Origin: Anthoceros angustus
Lineage: Eukaryota; Plantae; Anthocerotophyta
DNA: 64,000 nt
NCBI GenBank assembly: GCA_010909165.1
Contig: MU008193.1
Coordinates: forward strand, 353,631-417,630
Direction of reading: 5' to 3'
Of this stretch, positions 46,481 through 57,972 are shown in pieces. Position 1 is the stretch's first letter, and every line of letters starts with the position of its first letter. The notes beneath the pieces are model-generated. The model made no database searches. It was not told where the DNA came from and worked only from the letters and a program-made list of their open reading frames with translations. Made by a program: the position numbers and the translations under genes.

Positions 46481-47910
46481 CTACTTCCGAACCAGGACAG
46501 CGACAACAATGTTCACCACAAGGAACCGGTGTAAATCCGAGCTGTCTAGCAAACTCTTGTGTTTCTGGAAAATCAGGCTGGCCGCTGTGGCACCAACATG
46601 GGCTTCCACAGCAGCGTAGGTAATGCTTTTTGTGAAGAGAAGCATGGCTTTAGCAAAAAGTGCAGGATCCGAGCGGTACTGCTGCTCGACCTCTTCATGA
46701 AAGGCGGGGACGTGGGCAAAGGATTGCAGGACTTGGATGTGAAATGAGCCTTGTTCCTCCACGGCTCTCCTCATCTCCGCAAGGCTCGCCAGGTATACGG
46801 GGATGTTGAACGTGTCCAGGAGCTCTTGCTCGATGAGTCCCTGCTCGAGTATGACTGCCCACATCAGATATATAGGAAATGGTGTACACTGGACCCGCTG
46901 GGATGAAGGACATCCTTGGAGAGCAAGTTCTGGGACCAGACAATGTCATACATACCTCTGCAATGAGCTGTCGAAATGATGGTGTGAACATGTCCGCCCC
47001 GGCGGGTTGTTCGCACTCCTTGTCTTCTGCTCTGGAGAGCCGTGACAGAAGAAGAAACCCTCCTGTGCCAAGAACAACGCGTGGAAAGGGAACAATGCAT
47101 GAGTGACATCTCATGCATGGGAATTCAGAAAAATACCATGTGCTCATGGCGAGCAGTCAGAATGCATACGTACACACCTGGAACAAGCTCCTCGGCCCTG
47201 CAGCTCAGGAATGCCTTGAAATCCTTGTGGTGCTGCCTAGAAAACGCTTGGATGACGGCAGGACCGGCGCCCTCCAGATTGACACGGTTGGCGTTGTAAG
47301 CAGGAGAGTCCTTGTCGAGCACCTCAGCAGGGACCTGTCGGCCGCCGGCATAAAGGAATGTCAATTACCGTTGGAAACGACAAAGGACAGAACGGATTTG
47401 CAACAAGGATGGTGCTGCCAGGACCTGGGACATCCAGTGCAGCGAATTGAAGCAAGTGAATGCATGGATGCTGCTCGCAGGGAAGAGCCTGCCGTAGAAA
47501 GAGCCAGGCACTGCAGCTGGGAAGTAGCTTCTTCCAGCGTCTGGAGAACACACGATTGCGAACAGGCTATTGAAGTCATTGCTGGGCAGGTCAGAGAAGG
47601 AGACCTGGACCTCCCGTGGGAACTCGGCAGACTTGGACCTCCACAGAGATTTCAGATTGCTCAGAATCCTGTCGACAGCGGTGATGGTGTTCCTCCCCGT
47701 GGCACAGCCCAGGTCAGCTACTCGCAGCGTTTGCGCTCCCGGTACATCATCCGGAATTGCTTTTGCGCTCAACAGGCCTTTCCAGAGGGCATCCTCCACA
47801 GCTTCCAGCCAATGCAGCTGAGCTGAGGAATTGTTGCTGTAGCTTTCTTCTCCTTCTCCTCCAACCATGCCGAGAATGTGGGCCGTGTCATATGCCCTGC
47901 CTTCCGCCAT
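46481..47910 (-). CDS. SABATH-family SAM-dependent carboxyl methyltransferase, 4 exons
   Basis: LGMVGGEGEESYSNNS..Q, RVADLGCATGRNT, FSDLPSNDFNSLF, AVPGSFYGRLFP, NSLHWMSQ|VP, RAEELVPG|G, LIAE|GLIEQELLDTFNIPVY. Confidence 0.92.
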
Positions 47911-49291
47911 CGCAGTGCACTATTCCCTCTTGCTGCCATAGACCACACTCCATGTACATCATGATATATAGGGCCATGTACATCAAAAATTCCTACAAAG
48001 TAAAAAGCGGGTCCCACTTGACCGACAGGCAGTCCTTGGGCTTCGACGCTTTCAGTTCCAATTTCAGGCTGTACCAAGGGGGACATCGACAACCGTCCGG
48101 GTGTTTTTGTTTTTGTTTTCCTTTCTAGCCGAGCCGGAGGTCCCGCTCGGACGAACTCGCACCAATCGATGGCTGAAGCTAAAGATCGTCTGGCCAGACG
48201 CGATGACGCGACGGCCTGGCCTTCTGAAGGCCGCTCGTACACCTTGTTGAGATCTAGATGGGCAAGAACTTCAGCAGTAAGTGGAGTGCGCGTGCCACTT
48301 TCAGCTCGGCACACCCAGTCGAGCTGGATCTCCGGCTGTGTACAAACAAAACATTAACATTAAGGATCACAAAAGCAAAAGTGAAGTTTGTGTACGCGGT
48401 CCGGGGTCTGAGATCTGTCAAGAGCCAGGACTGGGTCTGACACCTTTCACGAGCCAAGACTAGGTCTGATAAGATCTGTCAACAGACAAGACAAGGAACC
48501 TTTTGGTGCCGGGCGCTCTGATAGTTGAATGTTTCTTTTGTCTTGCCCATCTTGCAGTCTAAAATGTGGTCGGAACCAGGTTTTTATGCTTCGTAGACGG
48601 GGCCGAAGGCCAATACATACATGCATTGTGGGCGCCGGAGACGGAAGGATCAGGTATCAGATGTACGGGTGCCACCAGGCTAGTGGCCGCATGTGCTCGT
48701 GTGATGAAGGGGCCAGGCTCTTGTTGCAACCACCTACAGGCAATAATATACAATGCTTTGATCACCCAGAAAAGGAAAAAGAGAAGGGCAATACTCACGA
48801 AGGCAAACGCTTTCGGCTACAGAAACTCGGGCCACTTTCGAACAGAAACGGTTGAACTTCTGTCAGGCTGAGACGATGCTTGCAAAATGTCTCCATCCAT
48901 TCACACATTCGGTGAACAGTGGCTTGTGGAAAAATCTACCATGAAGTGGTTATCCAGAATAGGGCCCATCTTGCGAGCACGTTCAACACCGAGGGCTTGA
49001 CTGCAGAAGGAGTCTTACAACAAGTTGTCGTAGATATTCTTCATGCAGCTGTGGTAGTTTCACCCTGTGGCTCCCTCGCCCTGCAGTCATGAAACAGTGA
49101 ATTAGAATTCAGAAAACAGAGCATCCTAAGTTGTAACCTCAAGTAAGTAGAGGGGCACAAGGACCGACCATTTGGGAACTTTGGAATTTCATCTTGCACT
49201 CCATTACGGTGCCCAGGCATCTGCACTCATATGCATATGTGGGTGGGCTCAATCTGATTTGGCTGCCAGAAGCCAGCGCTGCTCAACCTTG

Positions 49292-51671
49292 TCAACAGCC
49301 ATCTCCACAAGAACATCGTCCATCCTTGAAGTGATGCACGCAGTGTGCATCTCTCACAACAATCTCCCGATTTTCAATCCTGGAAATGATCTTAGTTCCC
49401 CTATGGCACTTGTCACACATCCGCAGGTTCTTCGCGACCAGCAGTGTTGTACCCTCGGGAGTGTTGAGAAGACCGAAAGCGATTGCCAACTTCTCAGCAT
49501 GTCCACATAGAGCATCTCCATTGTCCTCATCAGATAATGGAACTGGGTTTGTCAAACCGACTTCCTCCTCCACGTGTCGATTCAGGCTTTTTAGTTTCAG
49601 TGCAACATCATCGGTCATCCTTCCCACTGTGAACTCATGCACCTTGCCATTCACTTCAATCAGGGCCTTTGCAAGCTTCTTCTCGGCACCAGCAGCTATC
49701 ATGAGACTATCTATGTCCTGTGCATCTGACCACCTGCCAGCACTTTCGTAGAGGTCTGACATGAGTGAATAGCTAGCAGACTGCTGAGGTTCTAGTTGTA
49801 TGAGGCGGTCGAAACAGCGCTTGCCTATCTCCACATTCTTATGAGTCCTGCAAGCACTCAGCAAAGACATCCAACCCACGAAATCTTGGTTGGATGGCAT
49901 GGCCTGCAGCATAGCCTCTGCGTCCGCTACCCGCCCTGACCGGCCAAGCATATCAACTATGCAGGTTATGTGAGCTACTGTGGGCTTGATGCCATACTCT
50001 TCGGTCATCACCCTGAAGTACTGCAAACCCTCATCCACCAGGCCCACATGACTGCACGCCACAAAGAGGATGGCAAAGGTTGAGTGATCAGGATCGACTC
50101 CATGTCGTCGCATCTCTTGAAAGCACTGCATAGCCATCTTACAATCATTGTGCTGGCCGTACCCGTTGATCAATGCATTCCAAGTGACCACGTTTTTGGA
50201 AGAGAGCCCATCAAACACATTCTGAGCTGTGTCCATTCTCCCAAATTTGGCATACATGTCAACCAGGGCACTTCCAACAAAAGCATCTGCCTCCAATGTG
50301 CTGTCCTCAATCTGCGCATGAACCTGGTGGCCTTCCCGTACGGCCCCTGTGCTGCCACAAGCTTGGAGAACACAGACATATATGAAATTGTCGGGAGTGA
50401 TGCCCCCTTGCTGCATTCTTGCAAATAGTTCAAGCGATTCCTGACCATAACCTTCCTGTGCGTATCCAGCAATCATGGCATTCCATGTAACCACATCTTT
50501 GACGAGCATCTCATCAAAAACTTTGCGAGCACCCTCCAGGCTCCCACACTTGGCATACATGTCGATCAGACTGTTTCCAATCACTAAATCTGTTTCGAGC
50601 CTTCTATCCAAGATATCTGCATGGACCTTCTTGCCCATCTGAAGGTCTCCTCTGCTGCTACATGCTTTCAGCAAGCTTGCTAGTGTGAGATTGTTAGGCG
50701 AGGTTGAACCATCCTTCTGCATGTCTCCATACAGCTCAAGGGCCTCCTGAGCACGGCCATGCTGGACATACCCTGCAATCATGGCACTCCAGGTCACTAC
50801 ACTCTTGCTTGGTTGTCTGTCAAACACTTTGCGAGCATCTTCCAGGCTGCCGCACTTGGCATACATGGCAACTAGGGTGCTCCCAACGTACTCATTTGTC
50901 TCCAGCCCACTGTCCACTACATCACCATGTACAAGCTTCCCTGCTGCCAAATCTGCTGCGCTAGCACATGCCTTCAGGGCCGCCACGAATACATATCTAT
51001 CCGGCTCCAGAGCAGATTGACGCATCCTCCTGTACAATCGGATACCTTCCTTAGCGTGTTCAGGCCTGAAATGAGCAGATATGATGGAGCTCCAAGCAAA
51101 CACATTCGGAGCAGGCAGTTGCCTAAACACCTCTGTTGCTTCCGACAAACTGCCCTGAGAGGCATACATCCGGATGATGTGATTAGCCAAAAATGCATTG
51201 CCCTCGTACCCACTTCTCACAATCAGATCATGAACCCGCCTGCTCAGAATAGGATCCTTCTTTGCAATGCAGCCCTTCAGGACGCTGTACCAAATGTCTC
51301 TGGAAACAAAGGATCGTTGCAAAACCATGAGTTCCAAGTCCCTAACAGCCTCATCAAGTTGTCCTTGTCCTTCCACAGACAGTTTCTGCCAAACTTGATC
51401 AGACATGGGTCCATCTTTCCTTGCAACCCTGCTTGACGACAACACGATTTGTCAATGGCCACAACAAGGGCGAAACCAACATCGGGAATGCCGAGAACAG
51501 ACACTTGTACCTTCTAACATGGTCACGCCTATTGAAGGGATGGTAGGGTGTACTACAAGGATGTGCTGTCCACGATTCTGCCGCTTGTGCCCAGGAGGAG
51601 CCGGCCCGAGCGTGACGGATATAAGGACTTGCAGACACCAACCTCCTCCCAAGAGCACCGGTCCTCCTCAT
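49292..51671 (-). CDS. Intact PLS-class PPR protein with KP-type DYW variant (HAEK; ends CSCGDGC); predicted transit-peptide exon and 82-nt intron 51510-51429
   Basis: 717-aa ORF of P/L/S triplets, KKLAKALIEVNGKVHEF in place of the PG box, LCGHAEKLA, CDKC, HHFKDGRCSC. The exon MRRTGALGRRLVSASPYIRHARA splices in frame (AG|GTAC...CAG|G). Confidence 0.92.
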
Positions 51672-51779
51672 CGTCAGCCTTCCATCAAACTAACCCTGAT
51701 TGCATACAGCTCTAGGTCGAATTTACTGTCTTGGTCTGGGCTTGTTATTCCGCGCTCCGGTCCGTCTGTCGCGGTGCCT

Positions 51780-52305
51780 ATGGAGTTCTGCCCAACCTGT
51801 GCGAATCTGCTCCAGCTGGAGCATTCTACGGAAACCGGACATCTGCAGTTCTACTGCCCAACTTGCCCCTACATCTACCGCATCGACCGCAAGGTGCCCA
51901 TATCCTAAAGCCTTGTTTCCTTACACAGTGTTGCCTGTTGTGGAAGAACCTCTGACAGACGGTTGTTGTGGGGTGGATGTTGCTTGAGTGTGCAGATAAG
52001 TAGGAAGTTGTCTCTGTCTCAGAAGGAGGTGGACGATGTCCTCGGTGGAGATGATGCTTGGAAGAACGTGGACCGAACTGAAGGCAAGCCTGTGTTTGCG
52101 CGTGTGCCTGGAAATCATGTGCTGCAGCTTGAATTCTTCTTACTGACTTGTAAGGAGGCTTGTTTTGTGTGCAGTCACATGTCCAAAGTGTGGCGATGGA
52201 CATGCCTACTTCATGCAGATTCAGATTAGGTCGGCCGATGAGCCTATGACAACCTTCTTTAAGTGTTGCAATAACAACTGTATGTATCAGTGGAGAGAAG
52301 GCTGA
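51780..52305 (+). CDS. RPC10: RNA polymerase III subunit RPC10/C11 (TFIIS-like zinc ribbons), 3 exons 51780-51893, 51996-52083, 52175-52305, 110 aa
   Basis: MEFCPTCANLL..FYCPTCPY|..KEVDDVLGGDDAWKNVDRTE|VTCPKCG..AYFMQIQIRSADEPMTTFFKC. Intron 2 is GC-AG. Confidence 0.95.
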
Positions 52306-52438
52306 GGAAACGATTCTGGGTGCTCTTTTCCCTCGATGACACTCCGGATGAAGCGGGAAGTGGTTGCAAAACAAGGGAAGCTGCAAAGCTTTATCTCATG
52401 AGCATCACTCCGAAGTCCGAGGTCTGCATTCAGCCTGA

Positions 52439-52530
52439 TTGATGGGGCCAGCCCATAGCTTTTCAATTGTGATGGGGCCAGCCCACACCTTTTCCATTGT
52501 GACGGGGCCAGCCCATCCATACCTTTTCAC
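52439..52530. repeat. 30-bp tandem repeat x3 containing GGGGCCAGCCCA (site II-like)
   Basis: Read directly. Confidence 0.85.
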
Positions 52531-52564
52531 GTGCTTGCCCAAATCTGTTGGTGCACTCAGTTAG

Positions 52565-52999
52565 GTGCTTGTCGGAAGTGGGTGGGTATGGGGCGTCATG
52601 CTTTTTGACGAAGTAGTGAAGCTAGACAAGGAAGTTGCAGCAGGATGTGTGTTGATGTCGAATACATACACCAGTGCCCACATGTGGGAGCAGGCGTATA
52701 ATGTGCAGGCGAGCAGAATAAGCATCAGGGCGTGGAAGCAGCAAGAAGGACGGCGGAATCACGAGTTTTCCAAACTGAGGAAACAATCTGTTCCACTTCT
52801 GGACGCGTTGAGGGCAGACGTACTAAATACTACAAAAGCAGACACTTTGTTTCCGATCCCAGTAAAGATTGTGCAGAATCTGCATTGCGTCGCGTCTCAT
52901 ACTGCGACGAAGTGGCCTGGGCATGCTGCACTCTCAAATCACGTGTTGAGTGAAAAATTAGGCGTACGCAAGTCTTCCAGAAGTGGATCTCCGGGGTAA
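52565..52999 (+). pseudogene. Remnant of a WW-type PPR E domain, paralog of 30861-31300
   Basis: AAGCVLMSNTYTSAHMWEQAYNVQASRISIRAWK...KIVQNLHCVASHTATK matches the 31 kb fragment. Confidence 0.7.
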
Positions 53000-55181
53000 T
53001 CAACGACGATGGAGACACGAACAAGATCCATCCAGGAAGCAGTGCACTCGATGTGCTTCCGGCACTACAATTTCTCGTTTCTCAAGTCGAGACCTGATTT
53101 TGGTGCTACTGTGACAAGTCATTGCACATGCGAATGTTTTTCGTAACTGACAAAGGTGTGCCATCAGGTGTGTTCGGAATGTCCACATAAGGCATCTTCC
53201 TTCTCTTGCTCAGACACTTTCTTCAATACCAACTGAGTTTGTGGAACACGTCCTCCCTCCGTCTTCAAACTCATGCTCACCTCCTGAGCTTTGACGAGAT
53301 GTCAGACCTATCTTCCCCTCCAGTGAACTCGTGCACCTCGTTCTTGACTTCGATGCAAGATTGTCCTGCCTTCGTCATAGCACCTGCTGACTTTCTCAAA
53401 CTTTCTACCCTATCTCATCATCCCACCTGCCAGCATTGACATATATGCTTCCCAACAGCACATACGAACTCGCATTGTGAGGTTCCAACTTCAAGAGTTG
53501 CTCGAAGCATAGCTGCCCACGCTCTACGTCACCGTGGCTTTTGAAAGCACTAAGAAGAGCTTTCCAGCCTACTACATTGTTCTCTATTTTTGCTGTCCGC
53601 AACACGTTCTCAGCCTCATCTAACTGGCCTGCCCGGCCAAACAGATCAACCATGCAATTGTAGTGATGGTCCCTGGGCACAATTCCATGGTCATCCATCA
53701 TCATCCTGAAGTATCGCTGGCCCTCCTGCACCAGGCCTGCATGACTGCATGCCACCAGAAGACATATGAAAGTGGTCTCATCTGGCTGCACACCTTGCTG
53801 CAGCATGTCTTCAAAACAGTGGATTGCCATGTGGTCATCACCATGTTCAGCATATCCATCGATCATCGCTGTCCAAGTCACCAGATTTCTTGACGGCAAT
53901 CCGTCAAAAACCTTGCGGGCTTCTTCCAAACTCCCGCATTTTGCGTACATCTCCACAAGACAGGTTCCAATGTGAGCGTCAGCCTCAAGCGATCCATTCC
54001 GAATCCGAGAGTGCAGCTCCCTCCCCTGCTGCACTGCACCCACCCTGCTGCATGCTTGGAGAAGGGATAGGAAAGTCACACGATCAGCTAGAGCGATGCC
54101 CTCTTCTGTATACTTGCATACAGAGCCAGGGACTCCCGACCGAGCCCCTGCTGAGCATAGCCTGCAATTATGGCAGTCCATGTCACCGCATCTCTCCTGG
54201 GCAAACCGTCAAACACATGGCGAGCATCTTCCAAACTCCTACATTTTGAATACATGTCCACAAGGCAGCTGCCAATGAACGCGTCAGCCTCAAGCCCAAT
54301 TTCCCGAATCTTCAAGTGAAGCTTCTTGCCCTCCTCCAGTGCTCCCACACTTGCACCTCTTTGCCCGAAACCAGGTCCTCTGCTGAAGCACAAGCCTTGA
54401 GGACTACCACAAAGATGTGCGAATTGGGCTCCACACTTGCCTCTCGACATCGTCGATACAGTTCGACAGCCTGTCTGGGCTGTCCAAGCCGGGCATGTGC
54501 CAAAATGATGGAGGACCACATGTAAACGTTGAGCATACCCACCTTCCCAAAGACCAGCAATGCATCCTCCAACCTGCCAAGGGAAGCGTACATACCAATG
54601 ATCTGGGTGGCCAAGAATGCATTCGATTCGTACCCACATTTCACAGAGAGGAGATGGACACGCATGCCATGGACAAGATCCCTCTCTGCCATGCACCGCT
54701 TGAGCACATGGTACCAGAGGGTGTCACTCAAATAACATCCCCGCTGCACCAGGACATCCAACGCTTCGACTGCCTCACTGAGCTCTGCTTCCTCGCAGCG
54801 TCAACTCAAGGTCTGAAGCATCACATCCTCTTCTGCCCCACGCAGGGCACGAGGCCCCTTCCTCTGAGTATCCCAGCCAACCAGCTGCGAGTCCACCCAA
54901 CCCGGTTTGTGGGCGTTGTCGAGCCACAGCGGCTCCTGGGAGCTCTCGTGCCTGAAGTCCGGATGCCGAGGGCTCTTCCTGTCCGGCCTGTTGTCCCACC
55001 ACTCCCAGGGATTCGCGAAAAAGCGACGCCATAGATGCTCCTGCCGCGCTTCCTGCGACAGTCCTTCAGTGCCTGCAAAAGAAGCTCCGCGTGGACTGCC
55101 CTGCCCTGGTGGTCCGTCTGGGCCGTTCCGTAGCCCACATCCCCCGTTGATCCAGCCAGAGCTTGGCTTCGCTGATAGCAT
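53000..55181 (-). pseudogene. PDF-motif (OSB-type) + PLS-PPR + DYW-variant fusion pseudogene
   Basis: LWRRFFANPWEWWDNRPDRKSPRHPDFRHESSQEPLWLDNAHKPGWVDSQL (about 54880-55035) is in frame, across a single TGA at 54801-54803, with PPR repeats. Later internal deletion, frameshifts, ALCGHSE, EIVVPEAHRVHCFLDGSCSCLHRR. Confidence 0.85.
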
Positions 55182-55206
55182 GCTGAGATTAAGCCACAGC
55201 TCCAGA

Positions 55207-55389
55207 TTAAGAACGTGGTTATTAAGCATCATGCGCTTGGATCGGTACTTAGATGGGGTGCTTAAAGGGAATGGATGCCCTTGGTGCAAGTAGCTTAGGC
55301 ATACCATGGTACAAGTTGTTAAGTACCAAGTCCCATGATGGAAATTCGTTCTTAGTGGACTTAAATAAAATTCTTCTTCTTCTTCTTCC
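55207..55389 (+). mobile_element. (TTC)n-tailed SINE-like element, copy B (a tail-only relative lies at about 55585-55619)
   Basis: Body matches copy A in reverse complement; ends AATAAAATTCTTCTTCTTC. Confidence 0.65.
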
Positions 55390-55950
55390 AAGTGCATTCC
55401 CTCGGGCTCCTGATGGTGGCCCGTCATCCACAGTCCACTATGGCTTCGATTCTTGGCCTAAGAATTCGAAATCACACGTCCACTCAAGTGTCATTCAGCA
55501 TCCCATCTTTGTTCTCTCGATATCTTATCAGAGGACAGGGAACAAAGTAAGGAGAAGTCATACAAATGACAGACCAAGTTAGCGTGCAAGTCTATAATAG
55601 ACTTCTTTTTTTTCTTCTTACATGGACTAAGAAAGTATCCCGATCTAAATTAGTATGTTGATATATTAATGATAGTTAATTTTTTTGCTTAGGAAAGCTA
55701 TTCTGCTTTAGGCAGATCCCAAGGAATGAACTAAACCTACCTATATAAAGGATGAGATAGAAGTCATTCTCTAACACTTGTACTACCCTTCTTGAAAAGG
55801 ATCGAGCTGCCTAAAGGCACGAAGTTGGTAAAACACATGATAATGGAGTCAGAAGAGGAAGACAGATTTGGGGCGTTTTTGGTGGATGAAACATTAATAC
55901 AAATATTAAGGATTGTGCGAACTGGAATATGGATAATCCAAATAGTCAAC

Positions 55951-57972
55951 ATGAGACCGACAAATGTGTATGTCAGAAATCTACATAAGGCCTATGTAGA
56001 CAATGATAAACTCTTTCAGACTTTTATATGTTTTGGAACTATTTTAAGCTATAAAGTAGTAGTTAACGATCATGGAGAATCAAAAGGGTATGGATATGTT
56101 TGTTTTGAGAACAGACAAGCAGCTCAATTGGCTATGACGGCTAACATCGTTTTGTATGGCTTGCGATTAAGTGTAACTTTCTATCTTTCTTGTGCAATTC
56201 GAGAGAAAATTCAAGCTGGTAGCGAAGCGGCAAACTATACAAATGTGTATGTAAAGAATTTCCAAGAGAAGACCAATGAGGAGATACTCCGAGACATATT
56301 TGGACAATTTGGAAAAATTATTAGCCTTCTAGTGATGAGATATGATGATGGAAAATCAAAGCGAGCTGCATTTATACTTTTTTCTCGTCCTGAAGATGCT
56401 GCTTATGCTGTCGCTACATTGAACGGGAGTAGAATTGATGGCCAAGACAAATGGTATGTTAATCGTGCTCATAGTTCATCTGAGAAGGAACAAGCATTGA
56501 GATATAGATTTCAAAAAGATATCAATCTTTATGTAAACAGTTTTTATGACCATGTTGATAAAAAAATGTTGTATGAGGCTTTTTCACCATTCGGAATAAT
56601 ATCTTCTTGTAAGGTTATGAAAAATGAGCAAGGGGCTAGCATGAGATATGGCTTTGTTGCATTTACGACACCAGAGGAAGCCTCCAATGCAATGTATCAT
56701 ATGCACGGCCAGACATGCTTACTTGGAGGGCCATTGGTTGTTCAATTAGCCCTCTTCAAAGGAGATGAAAGCAAATCGGTTCCTCTTGCAAAAGCTAGGA
56801 GTTGTGACACTGCGACACATGGGATTGATAGTCTTGCTTCACAGCCTCAAAGTTTAGAAGGAAGAACAATATTACTTTCACGTGTTGAAGCTACTAGTAG
56901 AAGTCTTGCAAAGACTTTGACAAAGAGTCCTGATTCAAAGCCAACTCAAAGTTTATCAGGGACAACAAGATTAGTTCCACTTGCAGAAGCTAGAAGTGTA
57001 TTAAAGCCAACTCAAAGTTCAACAAGAATAGCAATATTGGTTCCGCTTGCAAAGGATAAAAGTCATGTGAGAAATGAGACTAAAAGACTCGATTCACAGG
57101 CTTTACTATCTACTTGCTCTAAAGCTTGGAAGTCTCATGTGAATAATGTCAATCTACTCTCTATTGATGTTTTACGGCTAGATACTTCCAATTCTCTACT
57201 TTCTAGTGATGATTTACAGCAAGATACTTCCAATTCTCTACTTTCTACCAATGGTTTATTGCTAGATATTACCAATTCTCTATTGCTAGATACTACCAAT
57301 TCTCTACTTTCTACTGATGGTTTACTGCGAGATACTTGGACCAATTCTCTACTTTCTACTGATGGTTTACAGCTAGATACTACCAATTCTTTACTTTCTA
57401 CTGATGATTTCCAGCAAAATACTTGGACCAATTCTCTACTTTGTGCTGATTGTCTGCGGCAAGATACTTCCAATTCTCTACTTTCTACTCATGGTTTACA
57501 GCAAGATACTTTCAATTCTCTGCATTCTATTGATGGTTTACGGCTAGATACTTTTAATTCTCTACTTTCTAATGATGGTTTATCGCTAGATACTTCCAAT
57601 TCTCTACTTTCTAATGATGGTTTATGGCTAGATACTTCCTACTCTCTACTTTCTACTAATGTTCCAATTGGGAGGTCTCATGTGTCGGATAAGGGGACGC
57701 TACTTTCTACTTGCTTTCAAGCTTGGAGGTCTCATGTGAACCAACTCATTCGTGCAAGACGAGTAAGAAGAGCTAGAGAGCAAATGACAACAATGTTTGG
57801 AGAATTATTATATCCACATGTAGTTAAAATAGAGAAAACTCATGCTTGCAAAATAATTATGTATATACTAGAAAATATGACTCATGATGAGATTGCAGGT
57901 CTGCTTGAGTCTCCAAAGGCTTTAGAATTAGAAGTTGCCAAGTCACTTAGTATAATACTACATAAGATATAA
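55951..57972 (+). CDS. Intronless PABP-like protein, copy 3, uninterrupted, with 14-aa linker repeats
   Basis: MRPTNVYVRNL..SKGYGYVCF; YTNVYVKNF; NLYVNSF; MFGELLYPHV..KIIMYILE. The ATG at 55951 aligns with the starts of copies 1 and 2. Confidence 0.88.
   Translation: MRPTNVYVRNLHKAYVDNDKLFQTFICFGTILSYKVVVNDHGESKGYGYVCFENRQAAQLAMTANIVLYGLRLSVTFYLSCAIREKIQAGSEAANYTNVYVKNFQEKTNEEILRDIFGQFGKIISLLVMRYDDGKSKRAAFILFSRPEDAAYAVATLNGSRIDGQDKWYVNRAHSSSEKEQALRYRFQKDINLYVNSFYDHVDKKMLYEAFSPFGIISSCKVMKNEQGASMRYGFVAFTTPEEASNAMYHMHGQTCLLGGPLVVQLALFKGDESKSVPLAKARSCDTATHGIDSLASQPQSLEGRTILLSRVEATSRSLAKTLTKSPDSKPTQSLSGTTRLVPLAEARSVLKPTQSSTRIAILVPLAKDKSHVRNETKRLDSQALLSTCSKAWKSHVNNVNLLSIDVLRLDTSNSLLSSDDLQQDTSNSLLSTNGLLLDITNSLLLDTTNSLLSTDGLLRDTWTNSLLSTDGLQLDTTNSLLSTDDFQQNTWTNSLLCADCLRQDTSNSLLSTHGLQQDTFNSLHSIDGLRLDTFNSLLSNDGLSLDTSNSLLSNDGLWLDTSYSLLSTNVPIGRSHVSDKGTLLSTCFQAWRSHVNQLIRARRVRRAREQMTTMFGELLYPHVVKIEKTHACKIIMYILENMTHDEIAGLLESPKALELEVAKSLSIILHKI
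57150..57660 (+). repeat. About 42-bp coding minisatellite (LLSTDGLQQDTSNS-like) x about 12
   Basis: Read directly; the frame is preserved across all units. Confidence 0.9.

Noticed and set aside
48500-48900. Possible Gypsy RNase H remnant on the minus strand
   Set aside because: Only vague motif echoes (KW.EFL, KPG); not supportable.
54801-54803. TGA in the PDF-PPR gene repaired by U-to-C editing or readthrough
   Set aside because: This is a nuclear gene, and it carries additional deletions and frameshifts, so it is a pseudogene.
55792-55950. N-terminal extension of PABP-like copy 3 in the ORF track
   Set aside because: Starts at a non-ATG codon and has no counterpart in copies 1 and 2; ATG 55951 is preferred.
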